Shown one piece after another: positions 50,661 through 63,049 of a DNA stretch of 64,000 bases. Location: the NCBI GenBank assembly GCA_951406725.2, contig OX597818.1, positions 24,738,001 to 24,802,000 on the forward strand, read 5' to 3'. The notes under the pieces were generated by a model. It saw only the letters and a program-made list of their open reading frames with translations, searched no databases and was not told the DNA's origin. Source of the stretch: Octopus vulgaris (Eukaryota). Position 1 is the first letter of the stretch. Each line of letters opens with the position of its first letter. The position numbers were made by a program, and so were the translations under genes.

Positions 50661-52458
50661 AATGATATTTCTTTGAAAGTAAATAGAATCAACTTGAATT
50701 GTATATGAAAAGGAGATTCTAAATTTTATAGGCTAATCATCAGCATTCTGTACGTAAAAACATTTATTGTAGCATATTCTTTAAGATGAAAGATATCAAG
50801 GGTAACAGTTTCAAACAACTAGGTAATGGGTCAGCTATTTATATTATATTACCTGTACTGCATCATATCTGTAACTAAACCCCTTTGTTCTTAATAGTAA
50901 GTTCTTTATTCTTTAAGTAGATATTCTAGGAGTGCAATTGAATATTTCAAGTAGTAGCATTAATGTAATGTAGAATTAACAATTATTTTGTTAGATTATA
51001 GTGCTGAGTCAGTTCCTTTTATTGGAAAAGTCACTTGTGTTCTGTTCAAAAGATTTTGTCACACGTTTGCTTAATGTTATAGAAACCAGAGCTGAGTCCC
51101 TATGGATAGTTGGGATTGGGAAATGATTAAATTACTTGGGAGAAAGTGTTAACTTTTAGCTAAATAAGAAAATCTCTTTGTGAGAATTGGTTTCAAATTT
51201 TGGCATTGTCCAGCTATTTTGAGAAGGGATAAGTTTATTACTGGTGCTTCTTTTATTGACCTCAAAAGGATGAAAGGTGAATTTGACTTCAGCAGAATTT
51301 GAACTCAAAGACAGATAAAATGCCACTAAGCATTTTGCCTAGTGTGCAAATGATTCTGACAGCTTGCTGCCTTTGTCTTTGTGAGAATTAAGCATGAATT
51401 TTTACCATTATGCATTGATTGATGAAGTGCAGCTCAAATAACAAGACGTAAGATTTATACACTTGATATATACTAGTTGATATTAAAGTATGCATTTAAT
51501 TCCCTTCCCTTGAGGCAAAATGGACTTCAAACATATTCTCAATTATGATAAATCAGTGATATATAAATCTTGATACTTTTTCATGTTCCATCAAAGACTT
51601 GTAGCGCCATAGACTGTATAAATGGCTTTAAAATGTTTTTGCTTTTCACATTTTAAATAATGTAGGAAAATGAATTGAAAACCTATAATTTTACTTTGTT
51701 GCTGATAACATGGAAAATCATGGAAAAGGATGCATTTACGAATTAAAAAAAAAGACCTTTACAAATATATATAGAAAATGCAAAGTGTAACCCAATTTCA
51801 GCTGATATTTTTCTTAATGACTTGTCCTAATATATTATCTATAACCATTGATAATTGAGCATTGTTTAAGAAATAAGGTATTCATATTAAATACTCCTGC
51901 TTAATAAATCATGCACTAAACATAGATCACACTTTATTTACTAGCTTAGGCAACTAGAGTTGTTGTTTAGACCCTGATCAACCTTAAATGAAAAAAAATC
52001 TATTACCGAAAGGCATTCCATCCATGATTATCCTGCATCTATAGAACTCCCTTTATCTGTCTTTATCTTATTCAAGATGGCAGGCAATGATTTAAGAATG
52101 ATCTGGTTGCATTTCTAGCAGTTCATGCAACTATGTAGAATCTCCCTTATTAGCTTCAAGGAAACTATAGATATTCCACTTGCTAATAACATGGATGGTA
52201 AAAAAATTAAATGGTTAAATTATTTACTTGTTAATCAGCAATTCATCCTTACTGACCAATATTTTTAATATATTACCTATTTTGGAAAATCATACTCTAC
52301 AAAAGTATTATTTTAATATATTGAAGCATTTTTGAAAAAAAAGTTTGTTTCTATCATGCTTTCTTTTCCATTTTCTTTATTTTCTTGCATATTTTTCTAT
52401 ATTTTCCTTTGTACAAATGTTAACTTTAATGTTCTTTGCTTGATTAATTGATTTTTAG

Positions 52459-52641
52459 TGTTCTCCATGGAAGAAATGGTCTTGTTGTCAGGCAAATGTA
52501 ACTGAAAATATTCATAAAGAGACTTTGTACAAATTTAATATTCATCACTGCAAGAGACTTTCAAAACGTTGCTTACAACATTTCATCCAAGATTTGTGCT
52601 TCTATCAGTGTACACCAAATGGTGGACCATGGATTCATAAG
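52459..52641 (+). CDS. Folate receptor family protein, coding exon 2
   Basis: tttttag acceptor, gttagt donor. Encodes CSPWKKWSCCQANVTENIHKETLYKFNIHHCKRLSKRCLQHFIQDLCFYQCTPNGGPWIHK. Not listed in the ORF track. Confidence 0.95.
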
Positions 52642-53169
52642 GTTAGTTATATTAGGATTTAAAACTTGACTATTTTAAAGTTAGTTCGCTGTATTATTAT
52701 GGAATCAGTGTTTGAAATATAATTGTTCCAACATATTTGGTGGAGCTGTGCTAATGGTTTTCATACAAATCAGTTCAATATTGTTTAGATTCTTTTAAAA
52801 AGAGTTTGAAATGGACATAAAATTTAACCATAATAATTGTGATATAATTTAATCATACGTGTTAAAATTGCTTTTGTAACACATGAAATATTTTCATCCT
52901 TATTTTGGAATTTCTTTTCATGATGGCATGAGTTGTGTTATCTGCAACCCAAATTTCATATAATATCTAATATCTGAACTATTTTCTATCAGTACCTCAA
53001 AAGTATGAAATAAATTATTACATTATTAAGATGGTAAAAATCAATTAGATGAATTTGCACCTTGCCTTGACTACAATAATAAAAATAAAAAAACTCCATG
53101 AGATTGACTTTTAAGTAGTGCTGTATAGAAATACTATAGTGACATCTATTCAAACTGATATACTGACAG

Positions 53170-53308
53170 GAATCCAACATGAAAATACGAAAAGAAAGAT
53201 ATTTTGAACTTCCACTGTGTCGAGATACTTGTGAAGAGTGGTGGGATAGCTGTAAAGATGATGAAACGTGCAGTGGAAACTGGATGCGAGGTTTCAATTG
53301 GACAACAG
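53170..53308 (+). CDS. Folate receptor family protein, coding exon 3
   Basis: cag acceptor, gtaatt donor. Encodes ESNMKIRKERYFELPLCRDTCEEWWDSCKDDETCSGNWMRGFNWTT(G). Confidence 0.92.
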
Positions 53309-53856
53309 GTAATTTTTCATATTGAGTCAATAGTAAAATCTCTTTTACTTTGTCATTCAAGAACCCTGTTTATCTTATTGACAATGACAACCTTCTCAGG
53401 TTTAATGAAATTACTTCAAAAGTAGGTGTCACCCATCCTACTCATGTCAGTCTTCAGTTTGAACATATCATCCATTTTCATACAAAAATAGACATGTATC
53501 CTGCATATGTTGACCACTGTATTTGATATTCTTCCATTTATATTGATTTTAGAGCATATTCTACATTCAATAGACTATACTCAACTTATTCTAGTTCATT
53601 CCTGTTAATTCTCATCACATACTGCTCATGTTCTAGTATCATTTTACATCACCTATATTCCATTTCTTTTATCTTTTACTTGTTTCACTTATTAGTCTGT
53701 GGCCATGCTGGAGCTCTGCCTTGAAAGGTTTTAGTCAAACAAATTGGCCCCAATAGTTCTGTCAGTTTCTTTTGCTGAACTGCTGAGTTATGGGGATGTA
53801 AACAAATCCACCCTGATTGTCAAGCAGTAGTGATGGACAAACACTAACACACTTGT

Positions 53857-54442
53857 GGAGGCTCATGGCCTAGTGGTTAGAGCAGCGGACTTGTGGTCTA
53901 GGGATCGCAGGTTCGAATCTCAGACCGGGCGATGTGTGTGTTTATGAATGAAACACCTAAGCTCCATGCGGCTCCGGCAGAAGGTAATGGCGAGCTTCTG
54001 CTGACTCTTTTGCCACAACTTTCTCTCACTCTTTCCTCCTGCATCTTACAACTCAGCTGTGACGGACCAACGTCCCGTCCAGGTGGAGAACCTATATGCC
54101 AAGGAAACTGGGAAACCAGCACCTATGAGCCGTGATGTCCTTCTCCCAACTCCACCTCCCAACTGGCAGAAACGCGCGGGCGGGCAGCTGAAGACCTGGG
54201 TTACGACGATCAAGGAGGACCTCTATATGCTCACAGGACCGCAGGTGGTTGGCCTGTGCCGATGGAACTGTGACTGGCTCGCTATCTCCAGTGAACTGGC
54301 ACAGGACCGTCGTGCATGGGCAGCCATGGTTTGAGATGCCTCGAGGGTGGTAGAAGAAGCCGACTCAACCCGCCCAGGGTGAATGTCCCCACAAGTACAA
54401 GTAAAGTATGAACCAGGCGTGGCTTGAGAAGGAACAAACAAA
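53857..54442 (+). mobile_element. tRNA-derived SINE with a 14-bp TSD, containing a nested truncated RTE (about 54132-54406)
   Basis: A/B boxes (tggcctagtgg, ggttcgaatct); TSD actaacacacttgt at 53843-53856 and 54443-54456. The inner insert encodes ...AQDRRAWAAMV, has a (CAAGTA)n tail and a tatgagcc/tatgaacc TSD. Confidence 0.88.
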
Positions 54443-56060
54443 ACTAACACACTTGTATACATACATACATATACACCTGACTTCCAGGTATTTTAACACT
54501 AGGTGAATTGATAAGAACATATTTTCTTACACCTATAAACATAGCCAATCCATGAAGGAGCAAAACACCTACCTTGTGTATGTGTGTTTGATATTGTTTA
54601 TATGGCTTGAGCTGCTTTTAATGCATTTGAATTTTTGCATAGTATGAAACGTTGGAACATACCAGCAGATGGTTCTTTTACCATTTTCCATTTTATTTGT
54701 TTTATTCATTGGTCTGTGGCCATGCTAGGGCACTGCCTTGAAAGGTTTCAATCAAACAGATTGACCCCAGTGCTTATTGTTTCAAAGCCTGATATTTATT
54801 CTATTGGTCTCTTTCACCGAACCACTAAGTTATGGGGACATGAAGAAACCAACACTATTTGGTTTCACTAAGCAGTAGTGGTGGACAGACACATAATGAC
54901 AAGCTTCTTTCAGTTTCTCTGTATGAAATCTACTCACAATGCTTTGGTTGGCCTGGTGTTATAGTGGAAGACACTTACCTAGGGTGCTACACACTGGGAA
55001 TGAATCTGAAACCATGTGACTGGAAAACAAACTTCTTATTGAGCCACACTTATGCCTCCTTTTTTCAGGGGAAGAAGAAACCAATTATTTTCTGTATACT
55101 AGTGAATTTCTCTTGTCATTTTATATCTGTTCTATGACCAACTTTATTTCTGTTGTTAACTGCATTACCTAAAAAACTTATATACTACTTATATGGAAGA
55201 TAACGCCTTTGTTGAATCCTTAATGACACTAGCCTCAGTTCTAAACTGGTTTCTATAACATTAAGTTAATTCTTTATTGGAGAAGACATTAGTTTATCGC
55301 CAAGTGTGCCGGAACAACTATCATCTATTCTTTACAATGAAGCAAACAAATTTGCAGTATAGGGTCCTGCCTAAGTATATAATAAAACATTTGTAATGGG
55401 TTTGATGTCCCAAATGAAACAGATATATACAAAAAGGAGTAGAACAAGTTACTTTGCGAAAATGAAATCATCTTCTGCAAGTAATAAAGTAAGGCAATTG
55501 CTGTGCTGATGACACCTAATCAGGTAGAAACATTTACATTGCTGTCTTCATATCTCCAGACACTCAGATTGTCTTTTCCTTAAATGGCATATCAGTTTTG
55601 GAGAACCCTCGTTTCTTTTGATTATGTCCCTTCTCATTTGAAGTTGATCCCAGTTGTCACCAAGCACTTGTGTTACTTTCTCTAGAAGTGGAGATAATTT
55701 ATCTTGTATGGTACTTAGTATATTCTTATATGACTTTCTTGAATGTGTGCTTGTATCATCATCATCATTTAACGTCCACTCCTTTTCCAGTTTCCATCTA
55801 CCAAATCCATTTACAAGGCTTTGGTTGACTTGGGGCTATAGTAGAAGATATTATGACCCAAGGTGCCATGCAGTAGGACTGAACCCTGAAACCACACACT
55901 TGGAAATCAAACTTGTGTGTGTGTGTATGGTATTAAAAAGTCAATGTTAGTACAAAAAATAATTCAAAAAGTAAGCACTTTTTACTTTCTTATAAACAAA
56001 TAAAGAAGCTGTTTTTTTTTTTTTGTTTCTCATAATCTTTACATTTTATTTTAATTGCAG

Positions 56061-56365
56061 GAACAAATACTTGCGTAACTGGAAGTAAATGTCAAAAAAT
56101 TTCAGAGGTATTTAAGACATCTACCAACTTTTGTGAAAAGGTTTGGGATCATTCATGGAAAGTAGTTTCTCAAAAACCTTGTTTTGTTCTTTGGTTTGAT
56201 GAAAAGAATGGAAATCCAAACAATCAAGTAGCTTTTGCAGAAGCTTATAGATTAACATCTGAAGCTTCTTATCCAAAACCTTACAGCTATTCATCAGTTT
56301 TTATGATAGTGTATAATTTTATTTTTGCCTTTGTTTTGCAATATTCGTATTGTGATATTCTGTGA
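56061..56365 (+). CDS. Folate receptor family protein, coding exon 4 with GPI-anchor-like C-terminus
   Basis: ttgcag acceptor. Encodes (G)TNTCVTGSKCQKISEVFKTSTNFCEKVWDHSWKVVSQKPCFVLWFDEKNGNPNNQVA..., then a hydrophobic tail and TGA at 56363-56365. The four exons total 777 nt (258 aa) and keep all 16 FOLR-domain cysteines. Confidence 0.95.
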
Positions 56366-56524
56366 TAAAAGAAATACTGTTGTACTCTCTTGGTGAAGGA
56401 TGACAGGCAATTCACTATAAATCAAATAGCCAATGCTATTAGTATATCCCATTAGAGAGTTATTCTACACAACAAACTTAGCATAACGAATGTTTCTGCT
56501 TAGTGGATGCCACATCTGACACCT

Positions 56525-57791
56525 GAGGGTCAGCTGTAAAGTGCATAGACTGATCAAGATACTCGCATGCAATGCGACCAATGAGGTTTATTTTTCAACA
56601 AGACCTCTTGCAGTCCCCTCACTTCTTCCATCAGTGTTGCAGTGCTTGGATTCAATTGGTGAAAAAGTGTCATCACCAGTAGATATGACATCATCACCAC
56701 TGCAATACCAGTTCCCAGCCAGGTGCTTTTTCATGGTGGAGAACAAGTAATAGTCAGATAGGGCCAAATCAGGAAAACAGGGAGTGTGATCAACCAGTTC
56801 AAAGCCACAGTCATGCACAGCAACCATTGAAAAGAAGGACTTGTGTACTCCATTTACAAGACTTTGATTGGTTTGGGACTATCTTTGAATGTAACAAGAC
56901 TCCTTTCATCAGTTTTCCTGGGTGTTTGGTCTTGATAGCCTTTTATAACTGTCTTAGCAAACTGAAATAGTATTCTCCATTGATGGTGTGGTCCTTTTGA
57001 AGATAATCAATAAACACAATTCCTTTCTCATCCCCCAAAACTGAGGCCATCACATTCTCTGTAGATAAAATGACCTCTGCCTTTTTTGGAGCAGGAGAGG
57101 AAGGGTGTTTCCATTGCATGTATTGTCTGTTTGTCTCTGGCTGAAAGTGATAAAGCCAACACTTATCCTGTGTTAGGTAATGTTCAAGGAAGCCAGTTGG
57201 ATCTGCCTCAAACAATATCAAATTTTCCTGTGATATGATTAGTCTGGTGCACTTTTGATCAGGTGTCAGATGTGGCATCCACTAAGCAGAAACATTTGTC
57301 ATGCCAAGTTTGTTGTGTAGAATAACTCTCTAATGGGATATGCTAATAGCATTGGCTATTTGATTTATAGTGAATTGCTTGTCATCCTTCACCATGTGGT
57401 GAACACAATCAATGTTTTCTTAGGTGATGATAGTTACAGTATGTCCAGACCTTGGGTCATCTTCAAGACTCTCCCTTCTCCTCCTAAGTTCAGCTGCCCA
57501 CTTTTGTACTGTTGATAAAGGTGGAGCAGCATTCCCTAATGTAACAACCATGTCACTTTATATGCCCTAGGGATCTAAACCCTTTTTCTACTGGTTCTTG
57601 ATAACACCATGAATCCAAATTTTGTCCATCTTCAAGTGAAGTCGCTACTAATTACTTTTGAAGTTTTCTTTGAACAGTCAGTTGACTTGGAAAGAAACAA
57701 TGTAGTTATTAAGAAGGAGAGGTGACATTAATGCAGGCAAGATTTCACAGCTCTAGTATAGTCAGCCTATGAACTTTTCAGCTCAACCTTG
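56525..57791 (-). mobile_element. Near full-length degenerate mariner element
   Basis: TIRs gagggtcagctgtaaagtgcatagactga and tcagcctatgaacttttcagctcaaccttg|TA. Minus-strand remnants WMPHLTPDQK, TQDKCW, QWKHPSSPAPKK and PDLALSDYYLF. Confidence 0.9.
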
Positions 57792-59319
57792 TAGTTATTT
57801 AATTATAATAGCAATTTAAGTAATAACAGCCTTATAGATTGGGGATATATCCCTTAACAACCAAAGAAGAAGTGAGTGATAGTAAGGAGAAGGTGTCGGA
57901 GACATCATCTTTCAATAAAATCAAATAGTGTGACAAAAGAACTTTTACAAGTTAATTTAGCTAAACATAAAATTGAAGTGAAATATAACTGGTGTGTGTC
58001 TTTCATTTAGTAGTATGATCCTCCAAAACTATAAAAATGTAATAATTCTATACATTTAAAACGAGATTATATTTTCCTTGTAAAATCACATGAAATTTTT
58101 GTATTTTTCAAATGAATAAATTTGTATTTTTTATGAATTTGAATCTTAATGAAGCTTAACTACATTGAATTTAACTTAATTTCTCTAATACACGTTCTTC
58201 ATGCATAAAAATATGTATTAGAAATTTTAAATTGTATGATATGCAATTTACTCTAGCCATTACAGTTTGTGACTGATTTAAATAGCATTTACTTTGCAAT
58301 TTCCTTAGTAGGATGTTGGATACTTGTCCTCTAAAAAGTGGCCAACTAGTTGTAAAAATGTCAGGACAGACTCACTTTTTAAAAATATTTGTTTATTTCC
58401 ACAATGTGGATGTTACAAACAGTAGTTTAACTTCCGATTTATCCATATGAGCATGGTTTGCATGAGAATTGACTTGAAGCAGGATTTTATAACTGGATAT
58501 TCTTCTTGTTGCCAGTTCTCACTGCTGATTTTCAAAATTGGAATCATCCTGTCTAAAAGGAATGTAACATCTCTTTGCTCACATGATAAGGAAAGTACTC
58601 ACATTCCCTCTTTCACACACACACATGCATACATGTATATGCATTTATACATCACCATCATCATCATTTAATGTCCATTTTCCATGCTGGCATGTGTTGG
58701 ACAGTTTGACAGGAGCTGGTAAGACAGTTGGTCCAAGCTCCATTGTCTGTTTTGGCATGGTTTCTATGGTTGGATGCCCTTTGTAACGCCAATCACTATA
58801 CAGTGTACTGGGTGAATTTTATGTGGCACCAGCACCAATTCTTTTTACATGGTACCAGCACCAATGCTTTTTATGTGGTACCAGCACCAGTGCTTTTACA
58901 TGGCACCAACACTAGTGCTTTTGATGTGGCACTGTCACTGACAAGGTCACCAAGTACCTTGCAAGACAAAAGAAGGTAAGAATCCCTCAACTGAGAGGAG
59001 GGGTGACTTTGTGCCAATCGATGGAGAGATCAAAAGTATAGAGTAGATACATGGATACCCCACTTAGAATAGAAAGGCAAGTGAGGTAAAGAGAAGATTA
59101 AAAAAGTGGGTGAGTCAGAGAGTAAGATAAAGAGAGCAATAGTGAGAGAGTTGGTGGCAAAAATTTATCAGGACATGCACCTGAGGGATGTTGGGAGTGC
59201 TGAAAATAAGTGAGGTGATGCAGAGGTTTGTCTCATGAAGAATTGTGGTGATGTATAATCAATGGTAAAGATATGATGTAATCCAAGATAGTATTCAGCT
59301 GTTTGCTTAACATTCTTTT

Positions 59320-59528
59320 CTACTCTAGGTACAAGGCCCGAAATTTTGGGGATGGGGGCCAGTCGATTAGATTGACCCCAGTATGCAACTGGTACTTAAT
59401 TTATTAACCCTGAAAGAATGAAAGGCAAAGTCAACCTTAACGGAATTTGAACTGAGAACGTAAAGACAGATGAAATACCGCTAAGCATTTCGCCCGGTAT
59501 GCTGACATTTCTGCCAGCTTGCCACCTT
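59320..59528 (-). mobile_element. tRNA-head SINE with Meta/MESC-like core
   Basis: Minus strand aaggtggcaagctggcagaa...gttcaaattcc...gactttgcctttcattctttcagggttaataaattaagtaccag. Related copies near 51190-51372, 8690-8960 and 23200-23530. Confidence 0.7.
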
Positions 59529-59813
59529 GAATTGTTTGCTTAAAATCAAATAGAGGAAACTAATCCAAAGTGTAAGATTCGTCAATGATCAAAGGAATTG
59601 GCTAGATATTTGTACAAGGTTCATGTGAAGATGTGATAAATATATGACAAAGATACAAAGAAAAAAGAAATGCAGAAAGGATAAATTCACATTTGATGTT
59701 ATTAGTTTGATGCTTGAGAGAAGGAAAAGACTCTGGCTATAACATTTTAGTCACTGTCCTTCAGACACTGGGAATGGAGGAGAAAAGATCTGGAAAAGGA
59801 AGGAAGTGAAGGA

Positions 59814-59846
<33 letters not shown>

Positions 59847-60304
59847 TAGGAAGGTCAGTTGGAAGGCCATTCTTGTGTTTCAAAGATTAACTAAAAAACA
59901 ATCTGAAATGATGCAGCATTCCCTTTTCTTCCTGGGAAAACAAAGCATCAGAACACAGGACTTGGCACCAGTCCTGCTTCTCTTGAGTTCAAAAATTTGA
60001 GCAAAGTCAACTCCAACATCAGGACCAACTTCATGCAAGCATGAAGGCATGCTGGCAAAACACTGCTCCTCTAAATGGAAACCTTACCTGTCTTTGTGGT
60101 ATGAAGCAAATCAGGCTTTGCTGTCCATTCAAGAAAACACTGTAAATGATCCACAGGCACTCAAGCAAGCTGAGTCTTCAACTTTTTCCGTTTACCAAAA
60201 GGTTTCCAAGACACCAGCAAGCCTCAGGAGCCTATATGTATATATATACACACACACATGTAAATGTAGAACATTGGAATGAGTACTCAACATCACATTG
60301 GTAA

Positions 60305-61820
60305 TCATTATCGTCGTTTAACATTTGCATTCCATGCTGGCATAGGTTGGACAGTTTGACTGAGGGTTGGTGAACCAGAAAGCTGCACAGGACTGCAATA
60401 TGATCTGGCAAAGTTTCTACAGCTGGATGCCCTTTCTAACGCCAACCATTTCGAGAGTGTAGTGGGTGTTTTAACATGCCACCGGCATTGACCACGCTCA
60501 AATGGTGATTTTTATGTGCCACAGGCACAGGAGCCAGTCAGGCGACGCTGGCAACGACCACACTCAAATGGTGCTTTTTACATGCCACTGGCAATGACAT
60601 GCTTGAATGATGCTTCTTATGTCAAACTTTTCTTTCAAGGCGCTTACACTGTCATGTATCCACACTGACATTACACATCCAACGGAGCATACTAGCTTCA
60701 TTCCTTGCAAGCTTACACATGTTTTCAGCAGTCATAGCCCATGTTTCACTGCCTTGTAGCATGGCTGTTCGCACACAATCATCATACAGTCTACCTTTTA
60801 CTCTGAGCAAGAGGCCCTTTGTCACCAGCAGAGGTTGGAGCCCTTTGTCACCAGCAAAGGTAGGAGCTCTCTGAACTATGCCTAGGCTATTCTTATTCTA
60901 GCGACTACACTTTCAGAGCATCTATTCCTGCTACTGACTTGATCACCTAGGTAATGGAAGCTATCAACTACTTGTAGTTTTCCCCCTGGAATATGACGGA
61001 AGCTGTTCTCTGCACATTTTCAGTGTTTATTGCTCCTGAGCGTTTGCCACACACAAAAACTATTTTCCCAGTTAGCCTTCCTTTGATATTGCTGCACCTC
61101 TTCTGTCTTCATAGCTTACACTGGGTACATCTTATAGGACTTTCTACCTATACATTTTCTACAGATATAGCAGGGTCATTTACCTGAAGGGATTTGTGGT
61201 TTGTTAGCCTTACTACTTATTAAGACTTTGGTTTTTGCTAGGCTGACTCTAAGGCCCTTTGATTCTAGTCCTTACTTCCACACTTGAAACTTCTCTAGTT
61301 CTGATAGTGACTCAGCTAATAGAACAAGGTCATCAGCATAGAGGAGCATCCTGTCTTGAATTTCTGTTATTGTCTGGAGGACTATGATGAATAAGATGGG
61401 GCTGACGATTGATCCTTGGTAGACCCCTACCCAGAATTCTTCACTGTACTCGTTGCCAACCCTCACCTTACTGACAGCATCTCTGTACATGGCTTGTACA
61501 ACTTTCACTAACCATTCTTCTATCCCTAGTTTCCTCATTCCACCAGATAAGGGATCAGGGGTCCCTGTCAAAGGCTTTCTCCATATCAACGAAAGCTAGG
61601 TACAGAGGTTTATCTTTGGCTAGATATTTCTCCTGCAGCTGTCTTACCAGAAATATAGCATCAGTGGTGCTTTTCCCTGGCACAAACCCAAACTGCATCA
61701 CATCTAGACTGACTCTCTCCTTAATTATTTGGGCTATAAACCTCTTCATGACTTTCATTACCTAATCCAAGCACTTGATACCTCTAATTATTTGTATCTA
61801 ATGCATCACCTTTACCTTGG
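60305..61820 (-). mobile_element. 5'-truncated RTE-clade LINE
   Basis: QFGFVPGKSTTDAIF, FVDMEKAFD and LLYADDL, plus the family 3' end. Confidence 0.9.
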
Positions 61821-62605
61821 ATCGTAGGGCGACCTAATGAGTCAAGTACATCAAAACCAAAATAAAAATCAAATGGATATTGTAGTTGTGATACCCGTTC
61901 CAGTGGCACGTTGGTCCTCACAGTGGAAATGATGAAAGACCGAGACCTTTGAGGTATGCTATGACTGCGAAGACCCAACAAATGAAGTGAGTTCATGGCT
62001 CACAGGACGGCCTGCTGTGCTAACCTTAGATCGTAGAGTGACCCGTTGTGCTTGAGGAGACCTGTTGAGTCAAGTACATCAACACCAACATGAAAATAAA
62101 AATATTTACTGAACTGCTAAGTTACAGGGACTAAACCAACATCAGTTGTCAAGCAGTGATGAATGACACACACACACACATATGTGTGTGTATATATATA
62201 TACACACACATTATATATATATATATATGTATATATATATTATGGACTTACAGGTAGTCTTGTATGGCAGAACCAAAAGCAGCCTCGGAGGATTGATGTC
62301 AAAATGTTAAACACAAGATTACAAGTTTTTATTTCCACTACTATATTGTATGGATCCCTGAGGTAAGGGACCTAACTCCGTCTGTTTTAGAATGCCTGAA
62401 TAATTTGGAATACTAGTCTATAGGACTGCAGTTGAGTTTCTAGTGATAGTAGGTAGTGAATTAAGTACTAAAATAAATTTCTCCAATAATGTATAATAAC
62501 CAAATTTTTGAAAAAACCATTCCACCTATGCCCAATGCTGAAAAATTTGTTGTAAATTAAAAACTACAAACCCTCTGTTTAGATGAAAATTCTCTCAATC
62601 GTCAG

Positions 62606-62720
62606 GTGAGTGCAAACGGCAATGTTTTTTGCATAGCGAAATTGTTGGCTGCAGCAAGATGTGAGATGCCAGAGCTTTGACTTGGTCTCAATGATAAAGT
62701 GCTCTTTGAGAGTACTGAAA
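62606..62720 (+). pseudogene. Isolated pseudo-exon of an AP-1 complex mu-1 subunit (AP1M1-like)
   Basis: Reads cag|VSANGNV(frameshift)HSEIVGCSKM*(deletion)MPEL*LGLNDKVLFESTE|gtaagt, versus the conserved mu1 sequence VSANGNVLRSEIVGxIKMRVxLSGMPELRLGLNDKVLF. Two CGA>TGA stops, a 2-nt insertion and a 14-nt deletion. Confidence 0.85.
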
Positions 62721-63049
62721 GTAAGTTTTTACAGCATATTTTTTTATTGTCAGGTCTTGTACTACTGGTTTTGGAACTTAGCACTGTGAATGTGTAATCT
62801 CTTTGCCAACACCCTTAAAGAAAGTAGTCTCCTTTTCTCACTTGAAAAGGTCTTTTCGTGAGATTTATATACAACCTCTCTTGTATGAGACTTTGTGCTA
62901 AACTGGCTGCCAGATTAGCAACCAAAACAATGAAATTTGATACCCCATCACCTGCATTGCATTGTGCCTATGGCTAACATGCTTTCATTGGTTCAGTCCA
63001 CTTAACTATCAGTTTCCATCTACCAAATCCACTCACAAGGCTTTGATTA

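Noticed and set aside
53857-53930. tRNA gene
   Set aside because: It has A/B boxes but continues into a SINE body flanked by TSDs. The same applies to 28440-28510.
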